Below the pieces are notes generated by a model, which was given only the letters and a program-made list of their open reading frames with translations, was not told the origin of the DNA and did no database searches. 64,000 nt of DNA, from positions 45,046,400 through 45,110,399 of the forward strand of contig NC_092378.1 of assembly GCF_030028105.1 (NCBI RefSeq), written 5' to 3'. Source of the stretch: Mobula birostris. Its lineage: Eukaryota. The translations under genes and the position numbers were made by a program. Within the stretch, counting starts at the first letter, position 1; each line of letters starts with the position of its first letter. Below are positions 13,226-25,841 of the stretch, one piece after another.

Positions 13226-13994
13226 AAACAAAGTACTGCAAGTGATTTTGTCCCAAATTTGTTTCTCAGATTACCATTGCCTGGGAAGGGAAAACAGTCT
13301 GTCTTTGACTAAATAGTAGAATGAAGTTTCAGGAACTGGTTTAGAAGCTGGAGCCTGAGACTGCCAATAAACCACCCAGATTATGCAGAACACTAGGAGG
13401 GCAGTAGATATACTCATATCCTGACTAACAGAAGGTTCAAGTAAGTCAAGAAGAGATAAAACAGTTAAATGCCACACAATCATTGTGGTGCAACGAGATG
13501 TGCTGCTCTCTCACAACTGCAGAGACCTGGGTTTGATCCCAACCTCCAGCTTTGCCTGGGTGGACATTCCAAATTTGCTACCCCTCCCCCCCCCATGACC
13601 GTGTGAGCTTTCTCCCCAAGTGATGCTGGTTAGATGTTCACTGTAACCTGCCCCTAGTGTATGGTGTGTGTTAGGAGAATCAGGAAGGAGTGAGAACAGG
13701 TTACAGGGAACTAAGTAAGGGAATGAGATTGATGGGATTGCTCCGAGAGCTGGCACAGACTCAGAGAGCTAGGTGGCCGCCTTTCGCATGTCACAACAAT
13801 GGAAGAAATCCTGGAGGGAAAATGAAGCTCTGAAATCCTCAGTATGTGAAACAACAGCAGGCCATGTCCCAGTACCAGAGAGAGAAAGAGACCAACTTAA
13901 CCTTTCAGCACAGTTCCAATGAGTTCCAAACACTGTCAGACCATAGTTTACAACAGCCACAAGCATTATATCAGTCATTACTACGGCCACTCAC

Positions 13995-14170
13995 CAGTAC
14001 TCGGTATTCCATGTAGTCCTTCTCTTTGTCAAAGTCGATGGGGTAGCCATTTGTTGACCAGATGAAAGCAAGGTCAAGAGTGGGGTCATAGGACGCATGG
14101 CACTCCATGGTGCCATTCTCTCCCATCGTGATGTCGATATTTGATGGCTCAAGGGTGATCTTGGTAGGCT
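13995..14170 (-). CDS. CNTN1: Contactin-1-like exon (176 nt), Ig6: (E)PTKITLEPSNIDITMGENGTMECHASYDPTLDLAFIWSTNGYPIDFDKEKDYMEYRVL
   Basis: ORF 13971..14246(-); ctctccag|AG acceptor, CTG|gtgagt donor. Confidence 0.93.
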
Positions 14171-14429
14171 CTGGAGAGAGAGGGAGTGAGGAAGAGGGTG
14201 AATTGCAAGGCATGCACAGGTCTCTCCTCTTGAAAACCAACCACAAGGTTAAACCCTAAAGACTATTCCAGTGCTGAATTACTGTGAGGAACCAGACTGG
14301 CAGTAACTACATATAACTGGTCAGACAGTGGATCTCCTGCAGGCTGAGTCTGTTCTCAAAGCTATTCTGATGACAAGAGTCTCAAACTATTCCCAAACTC
14401 TGACCAGGTAAGCCTATGTTGGAGTTTGG

Positions 14430-14690
14430 GCGCTATCACAACGCAGCAGTTAGCACAATGTTATTTCAGCTCGGGCCATTCCAGAGTTTGGAGTTTGGAG
14501 TCTCCCTATGTCCCCCCTGTGCAATATGGGGGTTTTCGTCAGGTGCTCCAGATTCCTCCCACAGTCCAAAGACATACCAAGTAGGTTAACTGGTTGTTAA
14601 AATTGTCCTGTGATTAAGATAGAGCTAAATTGGGGTTGCTGGGCAACATGGCTTGAAGGGCTGTAAGGGCCTAGCTGTCTAAATAAATAG
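14430..14690 (+). mobile_element. V-SINE (HE1-related)
   Basis: ggtgctccagattcctcccacagtccaaagac...aggttaactgg V-domain, ending in an aaataaata tail. Related copies near 4315-4580(+), 9300-9480(-), 11365-11505(-), 13480-13790(+), 17655-17990(+), 27830-28025(-) and 36263-36520(+). Confidence 0.7.
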
Positions 14691-16469
14691 AAATTCAGGA
14701 CAATACAGTAGTGTAGTAGTGTAATATTGTTACTGTGCAATCAGTTACCCAAAACAATTTCTCTTTTACATTGTTTCCCAAAATTGGAACCTATCTTATC
14801 TTTTTTCAAGGCCACTATTATCCAATGAATTGTCAAAAATGATAGCATTAACAATTCCTATAATATTAAATATTAATTAATTCTTTTGAATTGTAACTAA
14901 CTGGGTGGTAATTTTATTTCTACATCTCCAGAACTTTATGTGTCCATGTCCCTTGGCCAGACCCCCTCATTACACAGTGTCCCTCTCACTGTGACACTGA
15001 TCATCTGTACCTGGAGATGCAGACGTTGCCATAATGCCCTGCCAGACATCTTCTGCTGGCCTTGGGCTGCCAACACAAACAATGCCAACATGGGCAAATA
15101 GCACCAAGTGAAAGTTGGCTACTGGACCAGTAAGGGGTTGGAGAGAGGGGCTGGATTCAGGAGGAGTCTTCACATTTGCTCTAGAGTGGGTGACATCAGC
15201 TGCATCAAGTGTCCTCACCAGCTCTCCAGTCCTTCCGATCTGTCCTCTCCTCTTGTTGGAATCAGTTGCTCATCATGCTTTTAATAAGGTATTAATTGAA
15301 TTAATGAGTTTCTAGCAAGACTGAATTTGTAGCTTCACTAACATATAATTAGTATTTCTAACTCTTATGTTTCAAACTGTGGTGTTAGACTCCACCTACT
15401 GGTGGCAAAATGATATAACAGTTACATAATTGTTCATCATCTTTCATTTTTTCATTGGCTACGTATTAAACAAGTTATACCTGTGTGTCTTCTAATAGCC
15501 CCTCGCTTATCTCAGGAATTTGCCTTTCCTCAAATATAAAAGTGTTTGCTTCTGCAAAAATCCTCATCTTATCTTTGTCTTTGTTCTTATTTCTTTACTT
15601 TAGTTTCATGTGCTCTGTTTTAGACTTTCAATAAACAATCATGAGCAACAAATTTTCAACTCAAAAAAAGCCTGCGGATCGAAACTCACCAAATCCGACA
15701 CTCCCGACCTGTCCTCCTTTCCCAAACTCGCATTGCCATCAAGATCGGCAAACCTGTCTCTACCCCTTCCCCCTCGAGTTCTTGTTCCCCAGCACTCCAG
15801 TCCTCATCTATCCAGATGCTGCTACTCAGAATCCCCTCCAGTAACTTCCCACCATTGATGACAGGCTCATTAGCTTGTCATTCCATAACTTGTATATCAG
15901 CGCACCTCCCCCCTCCCCCCAACCATCTCCCCAACTACCTCCCGGTCCTTCAAAACTTCACCTGTATCTGATGCTGTGTGCCTGGGATTACCTTTTTCAC
16001 TGCACTTATGCATACATAAATCAGCCAGTAGAAGTTCAACATTACTTCTAAAAAGGGGGAAGATATTATACTCATTAGGTACATCTGGCAGAAATCTGCT
16101 CAAGAGGAGCTGTGCCACTTGAGATCAACCTCCGCCCTGCCGCAGGGAGCAAACGGCAGCTGTAAAAGAAGAGACTGAACAACCAAAAGACCCGACCAGT
16201 AACCACTTAATCGTGCTCACACTGCACCAGAATATGTGGATCCCGGATCTGCCTCTGCAACCGTTTGAGGACCCACCAACAGACAACCCCTCAGGAGAAC
16301 ATCCTACTCGAGACATCGCACTGCGCTAGCACTACTACATGCACTTGTGTGCACCTGACAATGAACTCAACTTTGACTTTGAGATGACCGATCATTGCCT
16401 TTGCAAATGCCAGAAGTACAGAGTAATCCAGGTGTAATGTCATAGATCACACAAGGCTGTCAGTTAAGT

Positions 16470-17020
16470 GCAGTGAGTGGTTATGGGGGCCAATGGTATT
16501 CTGGTTTTCACTGTAGGGTGGAGTTTAGAGATAGGGAAGTATTGTTACAACTGGACCAAGCACTGCTGCGGTCACACCTGGAGTACCGTGAACACTTCCA
16601 GTCATCCAATTTAAGAAAGGGTGCTGCAGCCTTGGAGACAGTCCAAAGAAAATTCACCAGGCTAATCCCTGCGATAAGGAGTTTCTCCCCAGTCACTGAA
16701 GGCAAAAGAAGTTGGGTAAATAATCTTTGCAATGAAAAATGATTTTTCTAAGGGGCGTGACTGGGTCACACTTTCACTAGAGCAAGAGTCTCAAATGGGG
16801 GATTTCTTTTTAGAGGGGGTAGTGAATCTCTGAAAATGAAAATGTGAGATCAGTGAAGGTACTGGAAATGGGAGGTAGATATATTTTGGAAAGATCAGAG
16901 CACCAGGGGCCGAGTGGGCGTGGCACAGAAGAGTTGAGGCCTAGAGCAGACTATCCATGCTCATGTTGAATGGTAGGTCAGACTTGAGTTGCCTACTTGT
17001 CCCTTCTACTATATCCTTGT
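16470..17020 (+). mobile_element. Old CR1 LINE 3' fragment
   Basis: REVLLQL...LLRSHLEY...LETVQRKFTRLIP, the C-terminal CR1 ORF2 motif. Confidence 0.75.
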
Positions 17021-19106
17021 GCACTCCAAAGTAATAGATGTGCGTTGCCTTCATGCACTTGGCTTACATCTTAAAGAAGGTTAAAAGGTTGGCACAACAT
17101 AGTGGGCCAAAGAGCCTGTACTGTGCTGTTATGTTTTATGTTCTTTAACCCCCAGACTGTGGTATTCCCTTTCTTAACCTTTCACCTCTGCCAAACGCTG
17201 TCTCTGACAAGTGGCATCCCAGTCACGATTGCCAACAATATTTTTAAGAAAATAAGGGCAGGCAGTAAATTAGGGTCATTTTGCCTGGTTTGAAAAATCT
17301 CAGTGGCTCCTGGAAGATCCCACTTAGAAGGTTATACCAAGGTTACGTTTCAAAGCTGAAAGTTCAAAATAAATTTATTATCAAAGTACATATATGTCAA
17401 CATATACAGCCCTGAGATTGTAAGTACTTTGAAATATACCTTGAATATACCTTGGAAATTTGCTACCTTCTTTGTTAAGAATGGGGGAAGGAGAGGTGTT
17501 CTTAGAATTCTGGGGCTTCAATCGGTTTACAACCTGTCTACAGGATGAAATGTGCCTCAGAATTACTGAGCTCAGTAGTAGCCCAAGAGTCAATCCTTAC
17601 AGGTATGGCAAGTAGTTCCCGGTTTTGTAGAAAACCTTTATAAAGAAACAACTGTCTCACAGCTCCAGTGACCCCAGTTTGATCCTGATACTATGTGCCT
17701 GGCATTATGTTTTCTTACTACACTTATGCCTACATAAGTCAGCTTACAGAAATTCAACATTACATCTAAAAACGGGAAAGATATTCTCTCTATGGAGCCT
17801 GCACTTTTCCCTGAGAATACATGGTGTTCCAGTTTTCTCGCACACCCCAAGGGCACACAGATTGGCCAGCTAACTGGCCGATATAAATTTCCTCAAGTGT
17901 TGGTTAGTGGCAAGAAAATTGATAGAACAGGTTACAGGGAAATTGGTGGGGTAATGCACATGGGAATATTCTGAAAATCAGCATATACTCAATTGGCCAA
18001 ATAATCTCCTTCAACATTGTAAAAAAACAAAATTATACAGTATATTCATGATGTCCATATTGTGAAATAAGTAGGGACTCTTCCTTTCTCGGGCCCTTCC
18101 TCAACTCCTCTTGTCTTTCAACTTTTTGTCACATTTTCTGCAATTTACAGGCCATCGTGATCCAAGCTTCATTGGCATCCACTGAGCACCTCCTGCCAGG
18201 CGCCCCCTCCTCCCTACTCCCGCACAGCATCTGTGTTCAGAACCCTGGACTTTGGTCCTGAAACCGCTCTGCCCCTGACTCCCTCCAGAATACACTCAAC
18301 CCACATCTTGGATCAAGCAGGTGTAAGTGGGAAGGGAACAAAATTGGAAAAAAATAGAAGGATGTTGGAGAGAAGGAGAATGCAGGGAATGGGAGACATG
18401 AGGCTGGAATGGATGATTATGTTGAATTAACTGGAGCCAGAGTAGTATTCAGAAGGCTGTCATGTTACGAGTTGGAAGCTAAGCTGTTTCTCTTTGGCTC
18501 ATGTTGAGTTTTGTTGGAATGTTGCACAAGGCCAAAGGCATTGATGTCAGAGAGTAACCCCCCCTCTCCTCTTCTGGTACATCAGAGACTGTCCTCCATC
18601 CACTTTTTCTAAGGAAGCACCTTTCGTTCTTCACCAGAATTCCAAGACCATTGTTCGAGTTTTAGTGTTCAGGGTCCTGTCATCGGTGAGTCTGGAGCTT
18701 TAGGTGTGGATCCGAGCTCCTTATTCATCATCATTGGCGAGTCCTGGCTCGATACCAAAGATCGAAGCCAAGCACCAAGGTCCATCAAAAGTCCAGAAGA
18801 CAACGTTCAATGGCCAGAGCTCTGAGTCTCTAAATCTCTAGAAATTCACTGGGGAAGTCTAAGACCCAATGTCTGTGAATCCATGAGTCTGCCAGGGGCA
18901 GGAGGCCGAAGGAGACAACCTGTCTGGTTTTAGAGAACTGCATGTGCGTGGCTGGGGAGGGTGGGGGGTGGGAGAGAGGAACAGGACTTGTTTTGCTTGT
19001 CGCTTGGTATGTTCTGCATTGTTCTGCCGGGCATGGAGGGCATGCTATGTGGGTGTCAAAATGCGTGGGAACACTTGTAGGCTTCCCCCAACACATCCTT
19101 AAGTAT

Positions 19107-19272
19107 TTTAAAATGCAAACAACAGGAATTCTGCACATGCTGGAAATTCAAGCAACACACATCAAAGTTGCTGGTGAACGCAGCAGGCCAGGCAGCATCT
19201 CTACGTCGACTGTACCTCTTCCTAGAGATGCTGCCTGGCCTGCTGCTTTCACCAGCAACTTTGATGTGTGTT
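19107..19272. mobile_element. 166-bp Penelope-derived hairpin insertion with 14-bp TSD
   Basis: Arms 19154-19203 and 19223-19272 pair 49/50; acatccttaagtat at 19093-19106 and 19273-19286. Confidence 0.88.
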
Positions 19273-19964
19273 ACATCCTTAAGTATGTTGGTTTTTAAGC
19301 AAATGACACATTTCACTGTATGTTTTGATGTCTCTGTGATAAATAAATCTGCATCTGAACCCGAATCAGACAATTAATCTTGTCTCTCCTGTTCTGAGAC
19401 CTTACACACATCTTCACTTTCCTTCCAACTTTTCATTTCTAACATTTCCCAGTACGAGTGAAAATCAACCTCCTGCCTCTTTTCCTCTCTCCATAGATGC
19501 TACCTGATCCACTGGGTATCTCCAGCATTTAGAATGACCTGCTCTGTGCCTTGCTCTGAAGACAATCTCAAGATCTGCATCTTAGCGCTAGGCAAATTTA
19601 TATTCTTATCCCTTGGACATTAAACCTCTGAAACGGAGGTGGGTCATTCAAGCACACTTTAGAAGTTGATTCACAGCAGGACTGGGTCACATATAGGCAA
19701 GTCAGAAAAGATCCAACAGAATGCCTTGGGTGAAAATGGAAAGCCTGGAACCACGGATGGAGAGTGTAGAAGCAGGGACCCAGTGCTAGAGGTGAGAACA
19801 TTTATTCGTACATCTAAAAATTATGATGTTGAAAATCAGTTTAATCTATAGCTGAATGACTGTTTACACATTTCTGAGTCCTTTATCACCAGTTTGTTTT
19901 CACATTTTCCAATGTTTTTTTTTCATTCACCCAAGCATTCCTTTTGTTGTGTGAAGGTAAGAAC

Positions 19965-22900
19965 AGGATGATTTAGCAGATGAGTGCGTGGCTGAGTGCA
20001 GGGGGCAGGGTTTCGGATTTCTGTATCATTGGGATCTCTTCTGGGGTAGGTATGATCTGTACACAAGTGACGGGTTACAACTGAACCCAAGGAGGACCAA
20101 TAACCTTGCAGGTAGGTTTGCTAGAGCTATTGAGGAGGGTTTAAACTAATTTGGCAGGGGGATGGGAACTGGAGTGATATGGCTGAGGATAAAGCAGTTG
20201 GTATACAACTAGATAGAGCGTTGTGAGATAGGCAGATAATAGGGCAAAATTGCTGTCAGTGGAATGAGTTAAAGTGTAACAAGGGGTCAAAATTGAACAG
20301 GGTGATGAAGACAGGACTGAAGATGTTATATTTGAATGTACACAGTATACGTAATAAGGTAGATGATCCTGTAGCACATTCAGAGTTTGGCAACTATGAT
20401 GTTGTGGGCATTACTGAGTTGTGGCTGAAAGAAGATCACGGTTAGGAGCTTAACATCCAAAGATATACGTTGTATCAAAAGGACATGTAGGTAGGCAGAA
20501 GGGTGGCTCTCTTGGTAAAAAATAAAATCAAAATCTTAGAAAGAGGTGACATAGGATCGGATGATCTAGAATCCTTGTGGGTAGGATTAAGAAACTGCAA
20601 GGGTAAAAAGACCCTGATGGCAGTTATATACAGGCCTCCAAACAGTAGACAGGATGGTACCTACAAATTATAATGGGAGATAGAAAACGCATGACAAGAA
20701 AGCAATGTTACGATAGTCATGAGGGATCTCAATATGCAGGTAGAATGGGAAAATCAGGTTGGTGCTGCATCCCAGGAGAGAGAAGTCTTATAATGTCTAT
20801 GTGATGGTTTTTTTTACAGCAGCTTGTGGAAGAGTCCAATTAGGGGAAATGCTAATCTGGATTAGCTGCTGTGTAATAAACAAGATCTGATTAAGGAACT
20901 TAAAGTAAAGGAACCCTTAGGAGGCCATGATCACAATATGATAGACTTCACCATGCAACTTGAGAGGGAGAAGCTAACGTCAGATGTATCAGTATTACCG
21001 TGGAGTAAATGGAATTACAGAGGCATGAGAGAGGAACTGGCGAAGATTGATTGGAAGGGGTCACTAGCGGGATTGACAGCAGAGCAGCAAGGCTGGAGCC
21101 TCTGGGAGCAATTCGGAAGGTGCAGAACACATACATCCCAAAGAAGAACTAGTATTCCAAGGGCAGGATTACGCAACCTGACTGACAAGGGAAGTCAAAA
21201 ATAATATAGAAGCAAAAGAGAGGGCGTGTAAAAGGAGAGAGGAGAAGATGGCGGCGCGACGCAGCGCTTGTGGCCGTTTCGAATGAATATCGATATGTGT
21301 AACTAGGGGTGCTGTGCACAATCCAGATTTGAAGGGGACAGCTGTGAAGTGCAGAGAAACATCTGGAGAAACTTCTGAAATGCCTGCTTCACTGCCGCTG
21401 CTACTGTGTGATCAAGAATCTCCAGAGACGAAGGCCCCAAATCCTCAGCTTTGCGTATCGCCTGTTACCGGGGCCGGGGTCGAAGCACTCGGCAGAGGTG
21501 GTGCTGGGTGCTCAGTGTCGAATAGGTGGTCGGAGGCTCGGAGTTTTTCGGACGGACTCGGAGTTGGACTGTGGTCGGATGCTTCTGGGACGCTGCATCG
21601 GCAAGTTGGCGGTGTTGGAAGTTTACCATCTGCGTGAGATGATGGGACTTTCGAGAGACTCTGGGATTTTTACTGTGCCATGGTCTGTTCTTATCAAATT
21701 ACAGTATTGCTTTGCACTGTTGTAACTATATGTTATAATTATGTGGTTTTTGTTAGTTTTTAGGTCAGTTTGTCATGTGTTTTCGTGATATCATTCTGGA
21801 AAAACATTTTTATCATCTCTTAATGCACGCATTACTAAGCAACAATAAAAGGGGACTGCGTGTCCTCATAATCATAATAGAGCAAAAATAGTGCAAAGTT
21901 AGCAGATTGGGAAGCTTTTAAAAATCAACACAAGATAACCTAAAAAGCAATAAGGGAAAAAATGAAATATGAAGTAAGCTAGCCAAAAATAACAGAGGAT
22001 ACCGAAAGAATTTTTTCAGATATAAAGAGTAAAAGTGAGGCAAGAGTAGAAGCTGGACCACTGGAAAATTATGCTGGAGAGGTAGTAATGGTGGACAAAG
22101 AAATGGCAGATGAACTAAACGAGTATTTTGCATCCGTCTTCACTGTGGAAGACACGAGCAGTATGCCTGAAGTTCAACAGTGTCCAGGCATAATTGAAAT
22201 TACTTGGGAGAAGGTGCTTGAGAAACTGAAAGCTCTGAGGGCAGACAGGTGACCTGGACCAGAAGGACTACACCTCATGGTTCTGAAAGAGGTAGCTGAA
22301 GAAGCTGTGGAAGCATTAGTAATGATCTTTAAAGAATCATTAGATTTTAGCATAGTTGCGGAGGACTGGAAAATGGCAAATGTCACTCTATACTTCAGGA
22401 AAGGAGGGAGTGAGAAGAAAGGAAATTATAGGCCAGTTAGCATGACCTTGGTGCTTGGGAAGATGTTGGAGTCGATTGATAGGGATTAGGTTTTGTGTTA
22501 CTTGGAAGCACATGATAAATAAGCCAAAGTCAGCACAGTCTGCTAAAAGGAAAATCTTGCCTGACAAACCTGTTGGAATTCTTTGAGGAAATAGCAAGCA
22601 GGATAGACAAAGGACAATCGGTGGATGTTGTGCATTTGGATTTTCAGAAGGCCTGTTATAAGGTGCCACACATGAGGATGTTTAACAAGAGCTCATGGTA
22701 TTACAGGAAGGATACTAGCATGGATAGAGCAATGGCTGATTGGTAGAAGGCAAAGAGTGGGAATAAAGGGCGGTTTTTCTGGTTGGCTGCCAGTGACAGG
22801 AGTCTGTGTTGTGACTGCTTCTTTTTACATTATATGTCAATGATTCAGATGACAGAATCGAAGGCTTTCTGGCCAAGTTTGTGGACGTTATGAAGATAGG

Positions 22901-23730
22901 TGGAGGGGCAGGTAGTGCTGAGGCAGCAGGGAGGCTGTTGAAGGACTGAGATAGATTAGGAAAATGGGCAAGGCAATGGCAGATGGAATAGAGTGTCGGG
23001 AAGTGTATGGTTTTCCATTTTCGTAAAAGGAACAAAAGCGTAGACTATTTTCTAAACAGGTAGAAAATTCAAAAATCTGAGGTGCAAAGTGACTTGGGAA
23101 TCCTTAGCAGGAGTGCTTGAAGGTTAATTTGCAGGTTGAGTCAGTGGTGAAGAAGGCAAATGTAATAATACCATTCATTTCAAGATGACTAGTATATAAA
23201 AACAAGGATTTAATGCTGAGGCTTTATAAGACACTGGTGAGCTGACATTGGAGAGGGTTCAAAGGAGATTCATGAGAATAATTCCAGGATGAAAGGGTTA
23301 ATATATGAGGAGTGATTGATAGCTCTAGGCCTATAATCAATGGAATTTAGTGGAATGAAAGGACATCTCATTGAAACCTATCAAATGTTGAAAGGCATAG
23401 ATAAGAGTGATGTGGAGAGATGTCTCCTATGCAGGAAGAATCTAGGACCAGAGCACACAGCCTCAGAATAGAGGGACAGCCATTTAGAATGGAGATGAGG
23501 GTAGGGGATCTGTGGAATTCAATGCCACTGGCAGCTGTGGAAGCCGGGTCACTGGGCGTATTTAAGATGGAGGTTGATAGGTTCTTGATTAGTCAGGGCA
23601 TCAAAGGTTACAGGGAGAATTCAGAAGAATAGGGTTGAGAGGGCTATGGATCAGCCATGATAAAATGGCAGAGCAGCCTTGATGGGCCAAATGGCCTAAT
23701 TCTGCTCCTATCCTTTATTGTCTTATAGTT
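19965..23730 (+). mobile_element. CR1/HER1-like LINE, long but decayed (end of esterase ORF1, APE endonuclease, RT, 3' end)
   Basis: Motifs EDWKMANVT..F.KG....KGNYRPVS.T.V.GKMLES and VDVVHLDFQKA; 3' gatgggccaaatggcctaattctgctccta hairpin; many stops. Confidence 0.9.
21231..21878 (+). mobile_element. About 650-bp CpG-rich non-coding retroposon inserted into the CR1
   Basis: Interrupts CR1 at ...agggcgtgta|...|agagcaaaaata; starts gagaagatggcggcgcgacg; ends aataaaaggggactgcgtgtcctc(ataatc)n; no LINE ORF. Confidence 0.7.
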
Positions 23731-24962
23731 GTGCAGCCAGCAAAGTGTGTTTGCAAAGTGTCTCTGCAGTGACATTTTCAATCTGACTGGTCTTATTTAT
23801 TCAACAGACAATCAGGTTCACTAAAATCCTTCTCCTGAAACCCATTAAAGGGACAACATTCAAACTTTATTCTTCATCCTCATTGAGACCTGTGGCCTCA
23901 CCAACCACCTCACTTACTCCTGGACTGCTTTGACTGTGAAGATTAGGGAAGTTGGCCTAACACTACACTCAAGGGGAAGAAACTTCATCCTTCAATTCCC
24001 CCCACCTTAGGGGAGAAGGCAGAGCAGATTTCCATTCCAGTCTCTCCCAGACAAAGGCAAACAGAGGCTGCACTCATGTCCTTATGATGCAGTTCCCCGT
24101 TACGTTTTGATGTTTTCATGTTCATGTAGCAATTAAGATAATCTAATCTTCTGCCAGGATCTCTTTACTGTACTGTTGAGGGTCTCTGTGGCCCATCACA
24201 TAACAGTCTGTCCAGTCCTCCTAACCTCTGGGAACACCCTCCTACTTTCTCTCCCATTGCTGCAATATCCATTCATTCTGTAGCAACACTCCCCTAAAGC
24301 CAGAAGAGTGTAATCTGGTTTCTCTCTTTAAGAACTAGCTACACAGATTGCACCTGCTGGGCTACACACCAACAGCTACAAAAACTTGTAACACATCAGC
24401 AGGGAACATCAACAAAGTCAATCTGAGGGCAGCTGTACACAAGGGACTGTGAACCTTACAGACAAGGTTTTCACAGTTCTTATAACTTTCACAGAGTCAT
24501 GATGACCTACAATAATACATTAATATCAGAAACAGAAGTGTGGAACAATTTCTAAGCCATTGTTTTAATTCCTGGTCTTGAGTTTGGAATATCAATACAA
24601 ACATGCATGCCTCGGCCCGTGCTTCATTTCAAACCCTGCACTGGAATATGGTTTATGAACCCCAATCTCTATGAGTTTTAAGATATCTGTCTTCCAGTTT
24701 GGTTCTGTGTTGGAATGAGACATCACAGAGCAGCAGATTGGCACAATGTCTCAGGAACCAGTCTTGTGATAACCTACTCCTTCAGCTGGTAACTAGTTCC
24801 AGCAGACCCTGTCAATAATGTTGCATACTTATCAGATATAGGAATTATGGATTTTTCATGCAAAGATTTTCACCACAGGAATGTCTTTTTAAAAGATAGT
24901 TATGTTCTTAAATATTGAGCTTGAAGTCCCCAAAGTTGCACTACCAAGTTCTTGCCTCCTAC

Positions 24963-25090
24963 CTGTGACTGAAAGAGTGCCAGTGCTGTTTGCTTTTCCT
25001 CTGTTGTTCTGTGCAAAGCAGGTATAGCTCCCCTCATCATCCCGGGTGACACCTCGAATCTCCAGAGTGCCATTGGGCCAAACAGATATC
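24963..25090 (-). CDS. CNTN1: Contactin-1-like exon (128 nt): ISVWPNGTLEIRGVTRDDEGSYTCFAQNNRGKANSTGTLSVT
   Basis: ORF 24889..25155(-); cccacag|G acceptor, ACAG|gtagga donor; YTCFA.NNRGKANSTGTL as in CNTN1. Confidence 0.93.
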
Positions 25091-25803
25091 CTGTGGGAAG
25101 GGTAGAAAATGTGGTAAATATCTATAACTGCACTGTACTTAATGATGAGAAACAAAATTAGCTGTATCGGATTTTATGGTCCTCTGACACAACTGTATCT
25201 GAACTCTATCACCAGATTCCCTCATGTCGTTTAAATCCTTTTCACCTTGGGAATGTAGGCAGCTTAGGGAAAATAATTTATTCAAGAATAAATTAACTTG
25301 ACTCAATAGACCGCTTTCACGCTTTCATTTTTGGACATGAATATAAATTGCATGTGCTGGGATGCATGATGTCTTTTTATTTAATAGTGCTACGCCTCTT
25401 AAACTGTCTACAAAATCTCACCCTTCCATCCCACCTTCTTCCTGAATGCAGAGCGTCATCGTCTTTGGGAAACCAGTTTGGTATGCCATCACAGCCCTTG
25501 TACTTTATTTGTCTACCCGCACTTCACTTTTTCTGTAACAGTAACACAAAACTCTGGGTTGTAATTTGTCCCCCTTTTGTACAACCTCAATGTACCTCTA
25601 CGGCCTCACTGAGGTTTTGTATAACCTCGTTGTACTTATGTATGGCACTTTCACTGAATCTCAGTATATGTGACAACAATAAAGCAATTACCACTGTGCA
25701 AAGACAAAACAACAGGAATTCTGCAGATGCTGGAAATTCAAGCAACACACATCAAAGTTGCTGGTGAACGCAGCAGGCCAGGCAGCATCTCTAGGAAGAG
25801 GTA

Positions 25804-25841
25804 CAGTCGACGTTTCAGGCCAAGACCCTTCGTCAGGACTA
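25804..25841 (-). ncRNA. Minimal type-I hammerhead ribozyme motif in the PLE terminal repeat (sense to the contactin pre-mRNA)
   Basis: Minus strand UAGUC-CUGACGA-A-GGGU(CUUG)GCCU-GAAAC-GUC^GACUG: core boxes intact, helix I UAGUC/GACUG, GUC cleavage triplet. Confidence 0.75.

Noticed and set aside
15610-16380. Pro/Ser-rich short ORFs in a C-rich stretch
   Set aside because: No recognisable domain; ends in a ctttgactttga LINE-type tail, so probably a decayed retroposon, but too uncertain to classify.
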